Shown one piece after another: positions 1-12,797 of a DNA stretch of 64,000 bases (the stretch's first letter is position 1; each line of letters begins with the position of its first letter). The notes under the pieces were generated by a model. The model made no database searches. It was not told the DNA's origin and was given only the letters and a program-made list of their open reading frames with translations. The DNA is from Paramecium tetraurelia. Its lineage: Eukaryota. The stretch covers positions 709,067-773,066 of the forward strand of contig CT868318.1 in the NCBI GenBank assembly GCA_000165425.1, written 5' to 3'. Position numbers and translations under genes: made by a program.

Positions 1-32
1 ACTTTATTTATATATGATTGATACTCAGAATA

Positions 33-630
33 TCATAAATTCTTCAAGAACTTCTCTTCATAAAGTTTAATGCTTTCTTCGATAATTTTGTAGGCATCTT
101 CTTTTCCTTTGAATTCTTCAACAACTACATGTTTATGTTCAAGTTTCTTGTAATCTTCAAAGAACCTTTGGATTTCTAGAGTAGTATGCAAAGGAATATC
201 CTTTAAATCATTAATTCCCTAATAGGATGCATCATTTTTGGCTACGGCAATTATCTTATCATCTATTTCTCCCTAATCAACCATATGCATGACTCCGATC
301 ACTCGAGCCTCCACTAAACACATTGGTTCTATTTCAACTTAACATAACACTAATATATCCAAAGGATCTTTATCATCACAATAAGTTTATGGGATGAAAC
401 CGTAATTGGCAGGATAATGAACAGATGAAAATAAGACTCTATCCAATTTCAAAAGACCACTATCCTTATCCAATTCATATTTAGCTTTGCTGCCTTTTGT
501 GATTTCTATGATAGCATTGACAATTCTATTGTTATTGATATATTTACTTTGGACTATCATTACCATAATGTACATGATGCCATGGATTCTTAGCATATTT
601 CTGGATTAAGTGGACAGATTAATGATTCAT
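33..630 (-). CDS. Soluble inorganic pyrophosphatase (family I)
   Basis: Ciliate code, one 22-nt intron (526-547): [98 protein letters not shown] at 33-35. Confidence 0.93.
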
Positions 631-721
631 CAAATTATTAATAATAATAAAATAATTTTAGATAATTGTTATCTTATAAGTATTGTATCATTGTCCATTA
701 GTTTAGAGGAAATAATACGAT

Positions 722-1940
722 ATGATGTACACTTCCTATAATGGCTGTTAGAAGCCTTACTCTGATTCCATTTTATAATTGCAGGATATATTGGAGAACT
801 AAAATTATTTATATCCTTTTTTAAATTCATAAAAATTGAAAATTAAGTCATTAGTAAACTATAATTGGCTAAACTATTTACTTAAATTAATTAGAATTTG
901 AGGTTAGTAGGTATTGGAAGATAAACATGATGCAATAATAAATTGTTCCCTTATTTTAATTCTTCTTTAGAAATGCTTAAAGTTAAAGTTATTAAATTTT
1001 AATGACTATCTTTTAAGTTATAGCTACATGATCAGTTTCCTTTCCCATCTGAAATCGAATGGATTGTCAAACTAAATTTGATTGAATACTATTTCATAAA
1101 ATGGTGCTATAGAAATTAATTATTAAAATTCAATTCATTAGCTAATACAAGAAATGAATAATAGAATGAATCATTAGGAGAAAAGAAGGAAATGGGGGAG
1201 AAGATGAAAAAAGAAGCGAATTGTGAGTTCAGAATAAGAAATTAGCACTTAAATAATAGTAATCTTTACTGAATTAAATATATGTTCTGAGAAACATTAT
1301 TATGTAAACCAAAAAAAGGATAGAATAAACTGAAATGATAGGAGTAGATCGTATTGAAACAACTGAAGTAGTTGAATTGAATAACAAAGTTAAACTGAAT
1401 TATGAAACAGAGGAAGAAATTTAGGTTTAACCAAGAACTATATATTGATAAACTCTGCCAAAGAAAGCGATATGAAGTTACATCAGAAGAAGAAGATTGA
1501 GGTTATAATAAATTAAAGCTGATTCTCTTTATCAAACTGATAAAATAAATACTAAATAAAGTTAATGTTCCAGGGCAAATGGGGAGAGTATGTTATGAGA
1601 ACTAACAGATGTCTTAGAAGAAGGTTTAAATAATGATGTCTATGATGAAAAATCAAGTAAGATGAACCTATTTATAATAGCTAATAAGATTAAAAATAAG
1701 TAGAATTCCTTGAGGGATTCAGATAATTACTTCAAAGATGTTAGTTGAATAATGTTTGACTAAATTCTGTGTGACTGTATAAGAAATAATTTCAAATTCT
1801 AGATTAGGTATGAAGGGATCCACTTAAACTTAAATGGAGAGATAAATATAGAACCTACAAAAATGCTGGATATAATTTTACGAGACTTTGTTTGGTATTT
1901 TACTAAATCAAGGGTAGATTTAAATGGTATTCTATAGGAA
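722..1940 (+). pseudogene. Possible decayed gene(s): coding-like fragments
   Basis: Purine-rich coding-like stretches (e.g. ~1027-1272, ~1605-1748) are interrupted by TGA in the frames I tried, and I could not rescue them with canonical tiny introns. Confidence 0.3.
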
Positions 1941-2089
1941 TAATTAAATGTTTGCTTATTTTTAATATATAAATTCATCGATAAAATATTTGAGATATTT
2001 AATATTTAAATTATTAAACTAACTCCAACTAGCATTAGAAAAAGTAATATCTCCTCCTTCTTCTCTCACATCCCTCTCATATATTACAA

Positions 2090-4531
2090 AGTGTTGATTT
2101 TTTTATTCTTAGTGAATCCGTCGAATGATGAATATGCTTGGAATTAACATTAATAGGATGGTAATAATTTTCTTTTTTGATTTATCTCCCTCTTTTAGAT
2201 CTTCCTCGGAATCAATTCTTCACGCCTTCTATACCACCCGAGAAGAATATGGAGAAGAACAAAAATTGCAAATTGCACATTGGAAACCTTCCTCTGTAGA
2301 TTACAGAAGAGACATTGCATCGTGTGTTCTCCAAATATGGTTAAATTAAAGAAGTTAAGATCATTCGCAAAAATAGTTAAGGGGTTTACTTTTTTATATA
2401 TATTTAAATAAGTAACCACTAAAAGATTACTGCTATGGGTTTGTTCTTATGTGCGATGGTGATGGAGCTTAAAATGCTGTCACGGAGTTGAAACAAAACA
2501 GTCCCTTGGGAACCACGTGGACAGTTGCTTTTAGTAAAGATAAAAATGATGTATGCTTCTACGTTTTTGTATTCTTTCTTAAGGATTCTGCTGGTGCCGG
2601 TCATTAGAAGTCTGATAAGAAGAAGGATGACAAGGTGAAGAAGAAAGAGAAATCAAAGGAGAGATTAAAGAAGGATAAGTCTAAACCAAAAAAGAAAGTT
2701 GTATTTGTTAATTAATAAAAGAAGAAGAAATCGGAATCATCGTCCTCATCTGATTCTTCAAGAGCAAGATCTGCTAAAAAATAAAAAAAATAAAAAAAGC
2801 GTAAACATTCTAGTTCATCTGAATCATCTTCTTCTAAATTGCCACCTAGAAGTGCTCTTGTTAAGGTTGAGAATAAGGACATTGCAGAGATAGTATTTTC
2901 AGGTGGCGATTTGTAGTCTCATCTAATTTATTAATAAGTATGTTAATGTCTAAAAAATAAAGTAGCCATAGTAGCAATATCAAATAACTCATCATGTGTA
3001 TGTAAGAGAGTTGTTTATATCTGGAATACCTCAATCCAAGATTTCTGCAGACATACAAAGGATCTTTTCTGCCTATGGCATTGTAGAGAGGATTGACATT
3101 GTTCCAAAGCAATTGGTCAATTATGCCTATGTGAAATTCAAGAGACTAGAATCAGTCCTCTAAGCTATGCAAAACTCATCCTTGATAGCAGAACTATTGG
3201 AGAGTGCAGGACAAGTCAAAATCTATTAGTCTGATCCATTTCGAAGAGTTCAGATTGTAGGCAATGCTGAAGATAGTGAACGAGTAATTTTATATAATAA
3301 TACCTATAAAGGAGGAAGAAATGTGGCCAGTTATGTTCATTGGATTTCCTCCAAATTAAAATTATGTTTTGGATGAAAAGTTCTTGAAAAAAATGGCTGA
3401 GAAGTTCGGAGGTGAAGTTAAAGGAATCCAACATTTCCAACCAGATTCTCCTTAATTGAGATCCTATGTCTTAATAGAGTTCTCCTTTTTAAAGGATTGC
3501 AAAAAAGCCAGAAGGAAATTCTGCAGATATAAAATACAAATATTGGGTGATAAAAAGTGTGATGTGGCCATCTTATCCAATTATCCAGCTAATGTATAAA
3601 CCAAAAGACAAAATAATATGTTCATGCAATAATCATATGCAATGGGTAATCCGTTTATTTTATAATCAGATTACATGCAAGTTAATTAATAAATACCTAT
3701 GCATCAATAGATGGTATCTAGATAAATGCCATAATAAGTATAGATGTTGGCTCCATTTCAAAATTAACCTCTACCTCAATAACATATAGCCCCTACCAAT
3801 CTACAAAATATATATGACTACAACTAAATACCTATGTTATATCCTTAATAACAACAAAACTAATAGCAAATGATGTTCATGAAAAATCAATAGCAATAAC
3901 TTTAAATTCCTGCTCAAACTTCTGTTCAACCTCAATTCAGACCATAACCTCAACCAGTTCCTTAAACTTAGCAGCCTCCTCCACAATTACAATATTACTA
4001 ATAGCTAAATCCTTAAACTTAGACTCAAAGTTATTTACCATAGCAATACTCAATGGATATGATCATTCCTCCTCCGACTATGAAGCAAGACGAAATCAAT
4101 TCGCCATTTTGGTGCGGTTATATGAATAGAGGCAAATAACACCGCGTTGGAATTGATGCAAGGATGCACAAAACTAACATGGATATCAAGAAGAGTATTA
4201 TTGATTAATTATTTAGTCAACTTGCCGTCTAATTTAGAAATGAGTTATAAATGCACTTATTAAGATGCCTATCAGAGAGCAGGATAAGAACAATCAGCCA
4301 TTTTAATATTTAGTCCTGCTCAAGAGACTGACTTTCCAAAATTCACTGAATATGTGCAATACTTAAGAAATAAGGTATTAATTAATTGCAATTTAGTAAC
4401 GGGCTGGTGTGATTCAAAGTGAAGCATTTACAATTTATGTTATTCCTCCAGGGGTATCAGAGGCATAACTAATTTGCAATATCAATTAATAAGAAATGAT
4501 AGCTATTTATTGTCATAAGGAATAAAAGTGA
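2090..4531 (+). CDS. 3xRRM + C-terminal SPOC protein (SPEN family, FPA/RBM15/Spenito-like)
   Basis: RRM1 KLHIGNLP..YCYGFVLM; RRM2 ELFISGIP..NYAYVKF; RRM3 VMFIGFPP..SYVLIEF; Q/P-rich linker; SPOC-like end FWCGYMNRGK..FTEYVQYLRNKQRAGVIQ..IYVIPPG; TGA 4529-4531; several tiny introns; start inferred (see findings). Confidence 0.8.
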
Positions 4532-4567
4532 TAGATTTATTGATATATTATAAATATAACATTTGGA

Positions 4568-6100
4568 TCAAATATCTTGTGTTTCTACTTTTTTCATCTT
4601 CTTCCTTAATGAATCCCTTAAATATTTTTTTGAAATATTCAAATTTTTTCTTGCTCCTTTAACATCAATGATGTATAGGTTTACTACATCAACCATTAAT
4701 TCTAATATCACTCCAAATTAACAAGTTTTGTCTAAATCTCTAATCAAAAATTTGCTAAGCTATCTTCCTTGTTGCTCTTTTATATCAATATTAGATTTCA
4801 TAACATCATCCAATGTCTCATTTGTCTCAAATACTATGTTCTCACTTTCTATCATAATTTTTTTGAAGAAGTTCGTTACATTCTTTTGGAAGTTCTTAGC
4901 TTTATTAATATTTCTAAACCTAAACTCGTTCAAACCTACTTATTCTATTTCCATTGTTTCAGAAATAGCCTAGCCGTTTGCCCCTTAAACCTTAGTTAAA
5001 TCTATCTCATAAAGAGCCCTAAAATCTAATGTTAATAATTTACTTTAGTTGCAAATGTTGCTACATATATGTAATTATTTAGTCTTCAGTAGTTTGATAT
5101 AAATTCAAATAACTGCTACTCAACACCTAATCTATACTTGGTCTTTTTTCTGGAACATCATTAAGCATATTTTGTATTAGAATTTTAAATTCTTTCTCGA
5201 TATGTAATGTTAAATTTTTTTCTTTTTTAAGATGTTACTCAAAATTAGTCCAAAATTTTTCGGGTTATTATAGGAGATCCTGATATACTTATTCACGATC
5301 GTTCTTGTATATATATAAAATTAATACATTCGAAAATGGATTTACACCTGTTTTAATCTCAATAAATGAGGATCCTAATGAAAAAATATCAGCCTTTTAT
5401 GTAAGATAAAACTTCCCAGTACCTACTTCTGGTGCCATATAAGATACAGTTCCCACTCCATCATTTGCTTCAGCTTTGTTGTCTGTTAAGCCAAAGTCAC
5501 CTAATTTTAGATTAAAGTTTTCGTCTAAAAGTACGTTATCGGGTTTTATGTCCTTATGAGCATATTATAAACCATGTACTGTTTGAATTGCTACTATGTT
5601 TTCGATATTTTACCTGTGGCCAGTTATTTGATGTATATATAACCTAGAAAATCTGGAAGGCAATTATTGTTATAAATAAAATCGTCTAAACTACCTATTT
5701 AATTTCATTTTTCATAATGTACCATTTCTAGCGAACTCTAAAACTAAGACGTGCATCACAGCATTATTTTCCAAGATTGAGAGGCTATCCCTATAGGGTT
5801 AATGCATTTAAAATACTTATATCTATTGATATATTTAAAGTCATAAATAGACGATTCGCCCATTGATATTCTGTATTCTATGTAATTTAAAAAGTTGAGT
5901 TCATTCCCAAAACAATAAGTTTTACCATCAACTTTATTTTGATTTATGTAAATCGGTTTATAAAACTTAATTGCATATTCTTTATTATCCATCTTTGACT
6001 TTCCTAAAACAACCCTTAAATTTATTTATGTTGAGTACATACAGGTTTTTCCATGTCCCAAAAATCTTATTAATTCATATCTGCTTTAAATTTCATTCAT
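4568..6100 (-). CDS. Ser/Thr protein kinase (non-RD catalytic loop)
   Basis: FLGHGKT, YAIK, HKDIKPDNVLLD, GDFG, GTVSYMAPE, DIFSLG; ATG 6098-6100, TGA 4568-4570. Confidence 0.88.
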
Positions 6101-6233
6101 AATTTATTTTATATCAATAATATTGTTATAATCAATTATTTATGAACAAAATATATATACTAGGAATTTAGTACTTATTGTAAGAAAATTATTTTATAGA
6201 ATGATAAATTTAATAATAAAATTTAATCGTTAA

Positions 6234-7338
6234 ATGGATTACTAACAAAATCAGTGTCAGCATATTGATCTTATTCCTTTTAATAATAAGTTCTTTTGTA
6301 AATCATGCGGAATTCATATGCCAGAAGATGGTAGTGTTGCAATCAAGGCTATGAACTTTTGTTTCCCAGGTTATCTGAATCCAATACAAAATCTTAAGAA
6401 ATAATGGAATCGAGCAGTTCCAATAGGATCATTGCCTAGTGAATATTAAAAAGTATTCATCACTTAAATTTGATAGCAACGCTTATCTCTAATAGATTAC
6501 ATGATAGAATGGAGTGAAAAACTAAAACTCTCAATGAATTCTTTATTTCTAGCAGTCCAATTTTTAGATTATTTTGTATCATAAAAGAAAGTGGACCCTG
6601 TTTAATACCGATTGTATGGTGCTACATGTCTTATGTTGGCAGGTATCCATGTCTTAATACTTTAGCCAAATCCATTGAATTAGATGAAAGAATCCCTTTC
6701 ATAAGTAAACTAAGAAGATATACGTATTTACCTTATGCAACTTTGGATTTCAGAAAATGCGAGTGTCAAATCATTAAGTAGTTGAATTGGAATCTGCAAT
6801 GCACTACTTTAATTGATTGGGCCGAGGCAGTGATCTCTTTGGGAATAGTCTATCAATAGGATGAATTGACCCAATCAGAGAACATCCTGAAAGAGAAAAG
6901 CACCAATATTCTTTAGCAATAAACCAATCAATAGATCAAATAAGATATATTCAAAGAACATTTGGATACAGTCTTTAAATAGCCTACTACAGGACCTAAA
7001 TAGATAAATGAGAAGGTTCAAGAATAGTTAATAAGATTATGTGTTTCAGTATTAAAGGATGGTTCTTATTTGGATAAGGATCCAGCGGAATTGACAGTTT
7101 CAGTTGTTGGTTGTGCTCGTAAAGCAAGTGGATTGAAAACTTCGATGTAAATAATCAAAAATAAATTAGACCAAAATGCTTGTTCGAATTATTGGAAAAT
7201 GTAGAACCTAAGTTTTAAGAAAGTTTAACTGATCATTTTATAAAATAAGTAAAATAGCCAACAAGCGTCTTGGGACGAGCTTTTACAACAGACTTAGATT
7301 TTTTTAGTCTGTAAAATTACAAACATAGAATAATGTGA
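6234..7338 (+). CDS. Cyclin
   Basis: Cyclin box RLSLIDYMIEWSEKLKLSMNSLFLAVQFLDYFV..YRLYGATCLMLAAKSIE..KCECQIIKQLNWNL; 3 tiny introns; TGA 7336-7338. Confidence 0.9.
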
Positions 7339-7375
7339 AATATAATAGTTAATTATAATACTACATTGTATAAAA

Positions 7376-7696
7376 TCACTTTAATTCATCGATTGTGTGG
7401 ACAACTTTGCTAAACTAGCTCTTTTTTAAAGGATCCTCTCTCATGGATTATACGGATTTTCTATGATGGGGTATAATTTCCTGATGTGTGGAGATGCCTT
7501 CGTGTTTGGGAGATGTTATTTTCACTTCTTTTAGTTCATTTTTGAAAGCCAAACCATTATTGGCATCAAATCTGGGCGATATTTGTATGTAGCATCCATT
7601 AAATTTATTCTTTGAGCTTTCTGAACCCTGAGATGATATGGATGATTATCTAGAATGATTTGCTGATCGTAATGTTATTTGCTTTTTATGTTTCAT
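7376..7696 (-). CDS. Hypothetical protein (~106 aa)
   Basis: Open ciliate-code frame MKHKKQITLRSANHSRQSS..KVVHTIDELK*; no recognisable domain. Confidence 0.45.
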
Positions 7697-7699
7697 TGT

Positions 7700-7716
7700 T
7701 ATATATATATATATAT
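7700..7716. repeat. (TA)n microsatellite
   Basis: tatatatatatatatat run. Confidence 0.7.
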
Positions 7717-7990
7717 TAGTAATTAATTTATCTTGAGTTAAATTCCTTATTTCATCATTTGTTGGCTCAATTGATTGGAAATGGTAATGTTCTTGTATTT
7801 CTATGAAAATGTTTTTATGATCAGATCACTATTCTCTGGTATTGGTATTGATTGGATAAACAGACAAAACATATAAATCTTATTTTGTCTAAAAATAAAA
7901 ATTTTATTTTCTCCTTATCAAATATTATTTATTATATTATTATATCAATATTTTGTTTTGTATTTATATTAATATATAATAATGCCATTA

Positions 7991-8330
7991 TCATTCTTAG
8001 AGCATCTTTTTCCCTTTCTCTGCATACTCTTTATTGAGTTCTTCCCAATTTTCCAACACCATTTCAAATTGTTCAAAGATCATTGAATGTGTCAACCTAT
8101 TTCTAGAAGGTCCCACTTCCATTGAATAGATCTTATGGGATGTATTTGTTTCAATTGTTCTATTCAAATAGACTCCGTAGCTAAATGTGATATAATCATT
8201 CATACACATAATGAGGAATCCAAATAACTGCTGCTAAACCAAATGAAAGTCTTGTTTCTCTTCCAATATAATCATCATACAATCCTCTGAACCACCAATG
8301 TCGATTTCTTACTGCAATAGCTGCTCCCAT
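7991..8330 (-). CDS. Small single-TM protein (104 aa), probably a mitochondrial respiratory-chain (complex IV, COX6C-like) subunit
   Basis: MGAAIAVRNRHWWFRGLYDDYIGRETRLSFGLAAVIWIPHY..YGVYLNRTIETNTSHKIYSMEVGPSRNRLTHSMIFEQFEMVLENWEEL; one 25-nt intron; the complex IV assignment is my recollection of a Tetrahymena subunit and is unverified. Confidence 0.6.
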
Positions 8331-8545
8331 TTTTAATTAAATATATTTAATTAAGATTTTATCGAATATATATATAATATGATTATACAATTTGGACCTA
8401 ATCAACGAAGGTCTCTGACTCTTATGTGAGATCTGCACAATCCAATAATTACATTTATTAGTTGAATACAAAGAATATTAGTAACGAGTAAGGAATTACG
8501 ATAGAGTAAATAACAAATTTATTAAGTTTTTAATTATATTATAAA

Positions 8546-11500
8546 ATGAATACATATGAGGATGAGAAGAACAGAATAGCACTGAAAAGCATCATTGATG
8601 AAAGAAATAAGAAAATTGTCAAGACTCCATTGCCTCAATTCTATTTGGATTAGGTTTGTGGAATAGCAGATAGACCAATCAGCAATCAGTTGACATTCAT
8701 ACAAGGAAGTATTGGAAGTTATATTAATTTGTAGATCTAATTGTGTTTTATGCATCTAATATGATTATTGTTCAGAATGTAGAGACAGGATAATAGTAAT
8801 TTATACCAGGAAGATATAAAAATGTGACTGCAATTGCTGCTGCAAGTAGAAAGGATGGTTTAATGATTGCTGTTGGTGAACACTTAGAATAATCATCGAA
8901 TTTAGTTATTATAATAAAGGATAAAATAAGAACTATCTCATTGTAATGCAAAGGAGCTATCACATTAATTCAATTGAATGTAGAGAAGTAATATTGCGGA
9001 TTGCAAATATCAAATTAAATCTAAATTTGGAATTATGAAAAGGAAAGACTCTTGGCTTCAGCCTTCGTTAAAGCACCTTTCGATAAATTTAGTTTTCATC
9101 CCTTGAAACACAAACACATTTTGTTATCTGGTCATAATTATTTAAGATTATGGGAAATGCAATTCTAAGAAAAACAAATCAAAGAAACCCACGAAACTTT
9201 GATTCCACTGAAAATAGAAAAGGAGAACAAATTCTTAGATCATGGATGGGTCATGCTCTCAGCAAATTAGGCTTTGTTAGTCTTATTAGCAGCTGGCAAT
9301 AAGATTCTTATTCTAATTAATGACCATTTCAAAAAACCTATTGACATTGATCCTCAAAATCTAAATTTCATTGATGCACCTGTCTAGGATTTCAATGCGG
9401 AAGATAATGACGATGTGATTGGTATTAATTCTGCACTTGAAGATGTTATTAAAGATAAAGTAGGGTAAATTGTAATGAATAATCAAACTAAATTAACTCA
9501 AAATACAACAATAATGACTTAACAATAATTGGAATTCTAATGTCTATCAACTACTAAAAAAGGATTCATTTTAGGAGGTACAAAAGGAGCGGTGTGCATT
9601 TATGAATTTGATAAAAATTATAATATTGTTAGTGCCATGTCTTTTAATATGAAGAGCAATCGAGGAGAACATAAAGTTATTCAAATCTCTAATAGTGGTG
9701 ATCAACTCATCTCTATTATCAGTTTATTTGGCAATCAATTGTATTATAGTATTTTGAATACTGCGCAAATGGATACTGAAGTTAGTCCCATCTAACCATT
9801 CTTTGCTGCAGGATTTCATAACAAAAGAGTTAATTCTATCTCACATGCTAAAATTAAATAAGTGTTTGTTACTTGTTCGGAAGATAACTCTGTTAAAATT
9901 TGGAATTATTATCAAAATGAAAACAATGACAAAAAAGGAGTCTTAAGCAAATATTTCAAAGAAGAACCAGTTTGTGCTTCTATGCATCCATTTGGCTTAT
10001 TTGTTGCCGTTGGATTTACCAATGGGTTTAAGGTATTTGCCATCCTGAATGAAGGTTTCTTCCCACTTAAGGATGTCACCTTAAACAACTGTAAGATTGT
10101 TAAGTATAGTCATGGTGGCCATATGCTTATTACTAATGAAAAAACAAACGTATACATTTATGATGCCATTTATTATGAACTCATTCATCAATTTGAGTTT
10201 CATAATTCACCTATTAAAGATATTGCCATATCTCTAAATGATCAATACATAGTTAGTACTTGTACAAGTGGATATGTGTATTGTTACAATTTAGCAGAAC
10301 TAAATAATAATGTTATTAGAGAGCAAAAACATTAAGAATAAGGAATTTTTAATTCAATCTAATACGATGAATATTTTATTGGTTGTACTAATGAGAAATT
10401 AATGGTGATTTTCGATAAACATTTCAAATTAATTACTGAATTTCATGTAACTGATTGCTATCTAACCAAATTATTGATGACTGATTAACATATTATTGCA
10501 GGTACTTCTAAAGGAACTGTGAGAATATATCCAATTAGAGATGAGGATAATTTGGAATTGGAATTAATCAATTAAAAAAATGAAACTATGTATAAAATAC
10601 CTGAATGCTATGAAATTGCAGTTCATGCAACTGCTATCACTTGTATTGATTATGATGGTTAATATATTTTTACAGGATGTGAGGATGGATCAGTCTGTTT
10701 GTTGAGATCCAAAAGTGAGATTTCAGAAGAAAGACAAAGGATGGCTGCAGTCTCGAATGATCTTTATTTAGAAGTCATATTTAAGATATAAAAGGAAAAC
10801 GACAGAATATAATCAAAAAACTTTGAAGTCATCAAATCTGAACAAACTGTAAGGATTGAAACAGCTAAATTGGAGACTTAATTTAAATAGAAAATTGATT
10901 AGATGACTAAGAAATTTTAATAAACTATGTCTGATGATAAGAATTTAAAGGATAAATTTGTTGAGAAATCAGAATAGGATTATGATCAATTATATAGTTA
11001 ATATATGGAAGAGAAAGTCAAATATGAAAATGAAATTAATAAACTTAAATAATAACATATCGAAAAAATAGAATATGAGGAATCTAGAAATCAAGAAATT
11101 GAAGATGAAATTAAAAAAGTATAAGAACAACACAAAGATGATTTACAATCATTATTAGAACAACATAAATAGGAATTGAAATAGATGAAATTATAATTCT
11201 ATGAAAAATGTAGAAAAGTCTAAGTCAAATACTCTAGTGTTGTTGATAATGCTAAAAATTATGGAACTGCATTTATTTAGAGATTAGAGAAGGAAGAGGC
11301 TGAATATGAAAAGGAAATTGATGAATAAATAAAGGATTTAGAAAATCAAATTGCAAAAGTTATTCAAGATAATGAGAAATTAGAAAAAGAGAATAGAGAA
11401 TTAGCATCACAATTTGAATAATTAAAAAAAGATGATGATGATTTGCAAATTCAATTCAATGAATTGTTTGACGAACACAATAAAATAAGACTTGAAAATC

Positions 11501-12488
11501 TAAAAAATGATGATGATATTTTGAAGATGTAACATTAATTGCTTGAAAGATTATAAGTTATTGATTCAAAAGAAGAAACATGTAAAGCTGCTAAGGATGA
11601 ATAAATCAATTTGGAAAATTTCAGATACATGTTAGATCAGAAAATCAAAAGTCTACAAAATGATAAATAATTATTGCTTGACAAAATTACTGATAAAGAA
11701 GTAATATATAGTTTATTATTTATAGTATAAATTAAGAGTAATGTTCAAAGAATTGATTGATGAATCAAATAAAAATGAAATGAAGTATTAACAATTAGTT
11801 TAATTACGAGGATAATTAGAGGTCATTGAAACATAAATAAAAAAAACTGAAATTTAAATCTTCTTAAATGCTAATAAATTGAAAAATTACGAAAGTGTAA
11901 GAATTCTCATTTATTCATAATTAGACATTATTATCCATCATGAAAAGTAATGATCCACCCAGCCTCATAGCCTAGAAATTGAGATAAATTATTAATGATA
12001 AGGGAGAAGAAAATGAAGAAATCGAATAATTATCATAAAAGAAGTCCATTTCCAATAAAGATATTAAGGACATAATCAAATTGAAATAAGATAAACCTAA
12101 TGAATTAAATGAAGAATTGTTAAGATAAGGCTAGTGGATGACTAAGAAGTTGTACCTTATCAAAGTAACCTCAGACAAATTAAAGAAGATCAGAGATGAC
12201 AACATCAACACTATTTTCAATTAAAATACAAAACTCATTGAAGAATGCAATATGCTCAGAAGTGAGAATGACAGGTATTCTAAGAAGATTAAGCATGTTG
12301 AAAAATTAGTAAAGGACGCAGACAGATTACTATAAAGATTAAAGCCTAAGTTAAACAAGTAACCTAAACTAAATCAAATTGAAAAATAAATTGAGGAATA
12401 AAAACAAAAGGTTCAAAGTCAGAAAACTAAACTTTCTAATTTAAAGGATTCCATGAGTTAAATCTTAAAAAAATCAGTTGTAGATTGA
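8546..12488 (+). CDS. CFAP57: Cilia/flagella-associated WD40 + coiled-coil protein (CFAP57/WDR65-like)
   Basis: WD40 motifs FVTCSEDNSVKIWNY, EEPVCASMHPFGLFVAVGF, YSHGGHML, IFTGCEDGSV, then a long coiled coil with NLENFRYMLDQKIKSL; TGA 12486-12488. Confidence 0.8.
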
Positions 12489-12797
12489 TATTAATCAAAA
12501 TAATAATTATTAAAAAATAAATTCTGGTGACAAATATATTTATTTAATTTTGATTCTAACCAATCTTTAAAGCATGTTCTATTACATCATAATAAGTTAT
12601 ATTAATGATGTCATAATTCTGTCTTTAATAACCTGTGATTAATAAATTACTCAGTTGAGAGTAATTTAACTTGAAAAATTGGAAATAATTCATTAAATAT
12701 TATAAAATATATATTGACGTACTATAAATCACGTATTTAAATATTGGTTATTAGTCTAAAGTATTTTAAGAATTAAATTAGTTCTTTAATTCATTAA

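Noticed and set aside
5540..5580. HKD instead of HRD in the 4568-6100 kinase as a sign of a pseudokinase
   Set aside because: The catalytic Asp, the VAIK-type Lys, DFG and APE are all present, so it is simply a non-RD kinase.
7697..7872. Upstream minus-strand frame (ATG 7870-7872) that would fuse to the 7376-7696 ORF if the (TA)n run were one unit shorter
   Set aside because: No homology support; cannot be distinguished from chance or assembly slippage.
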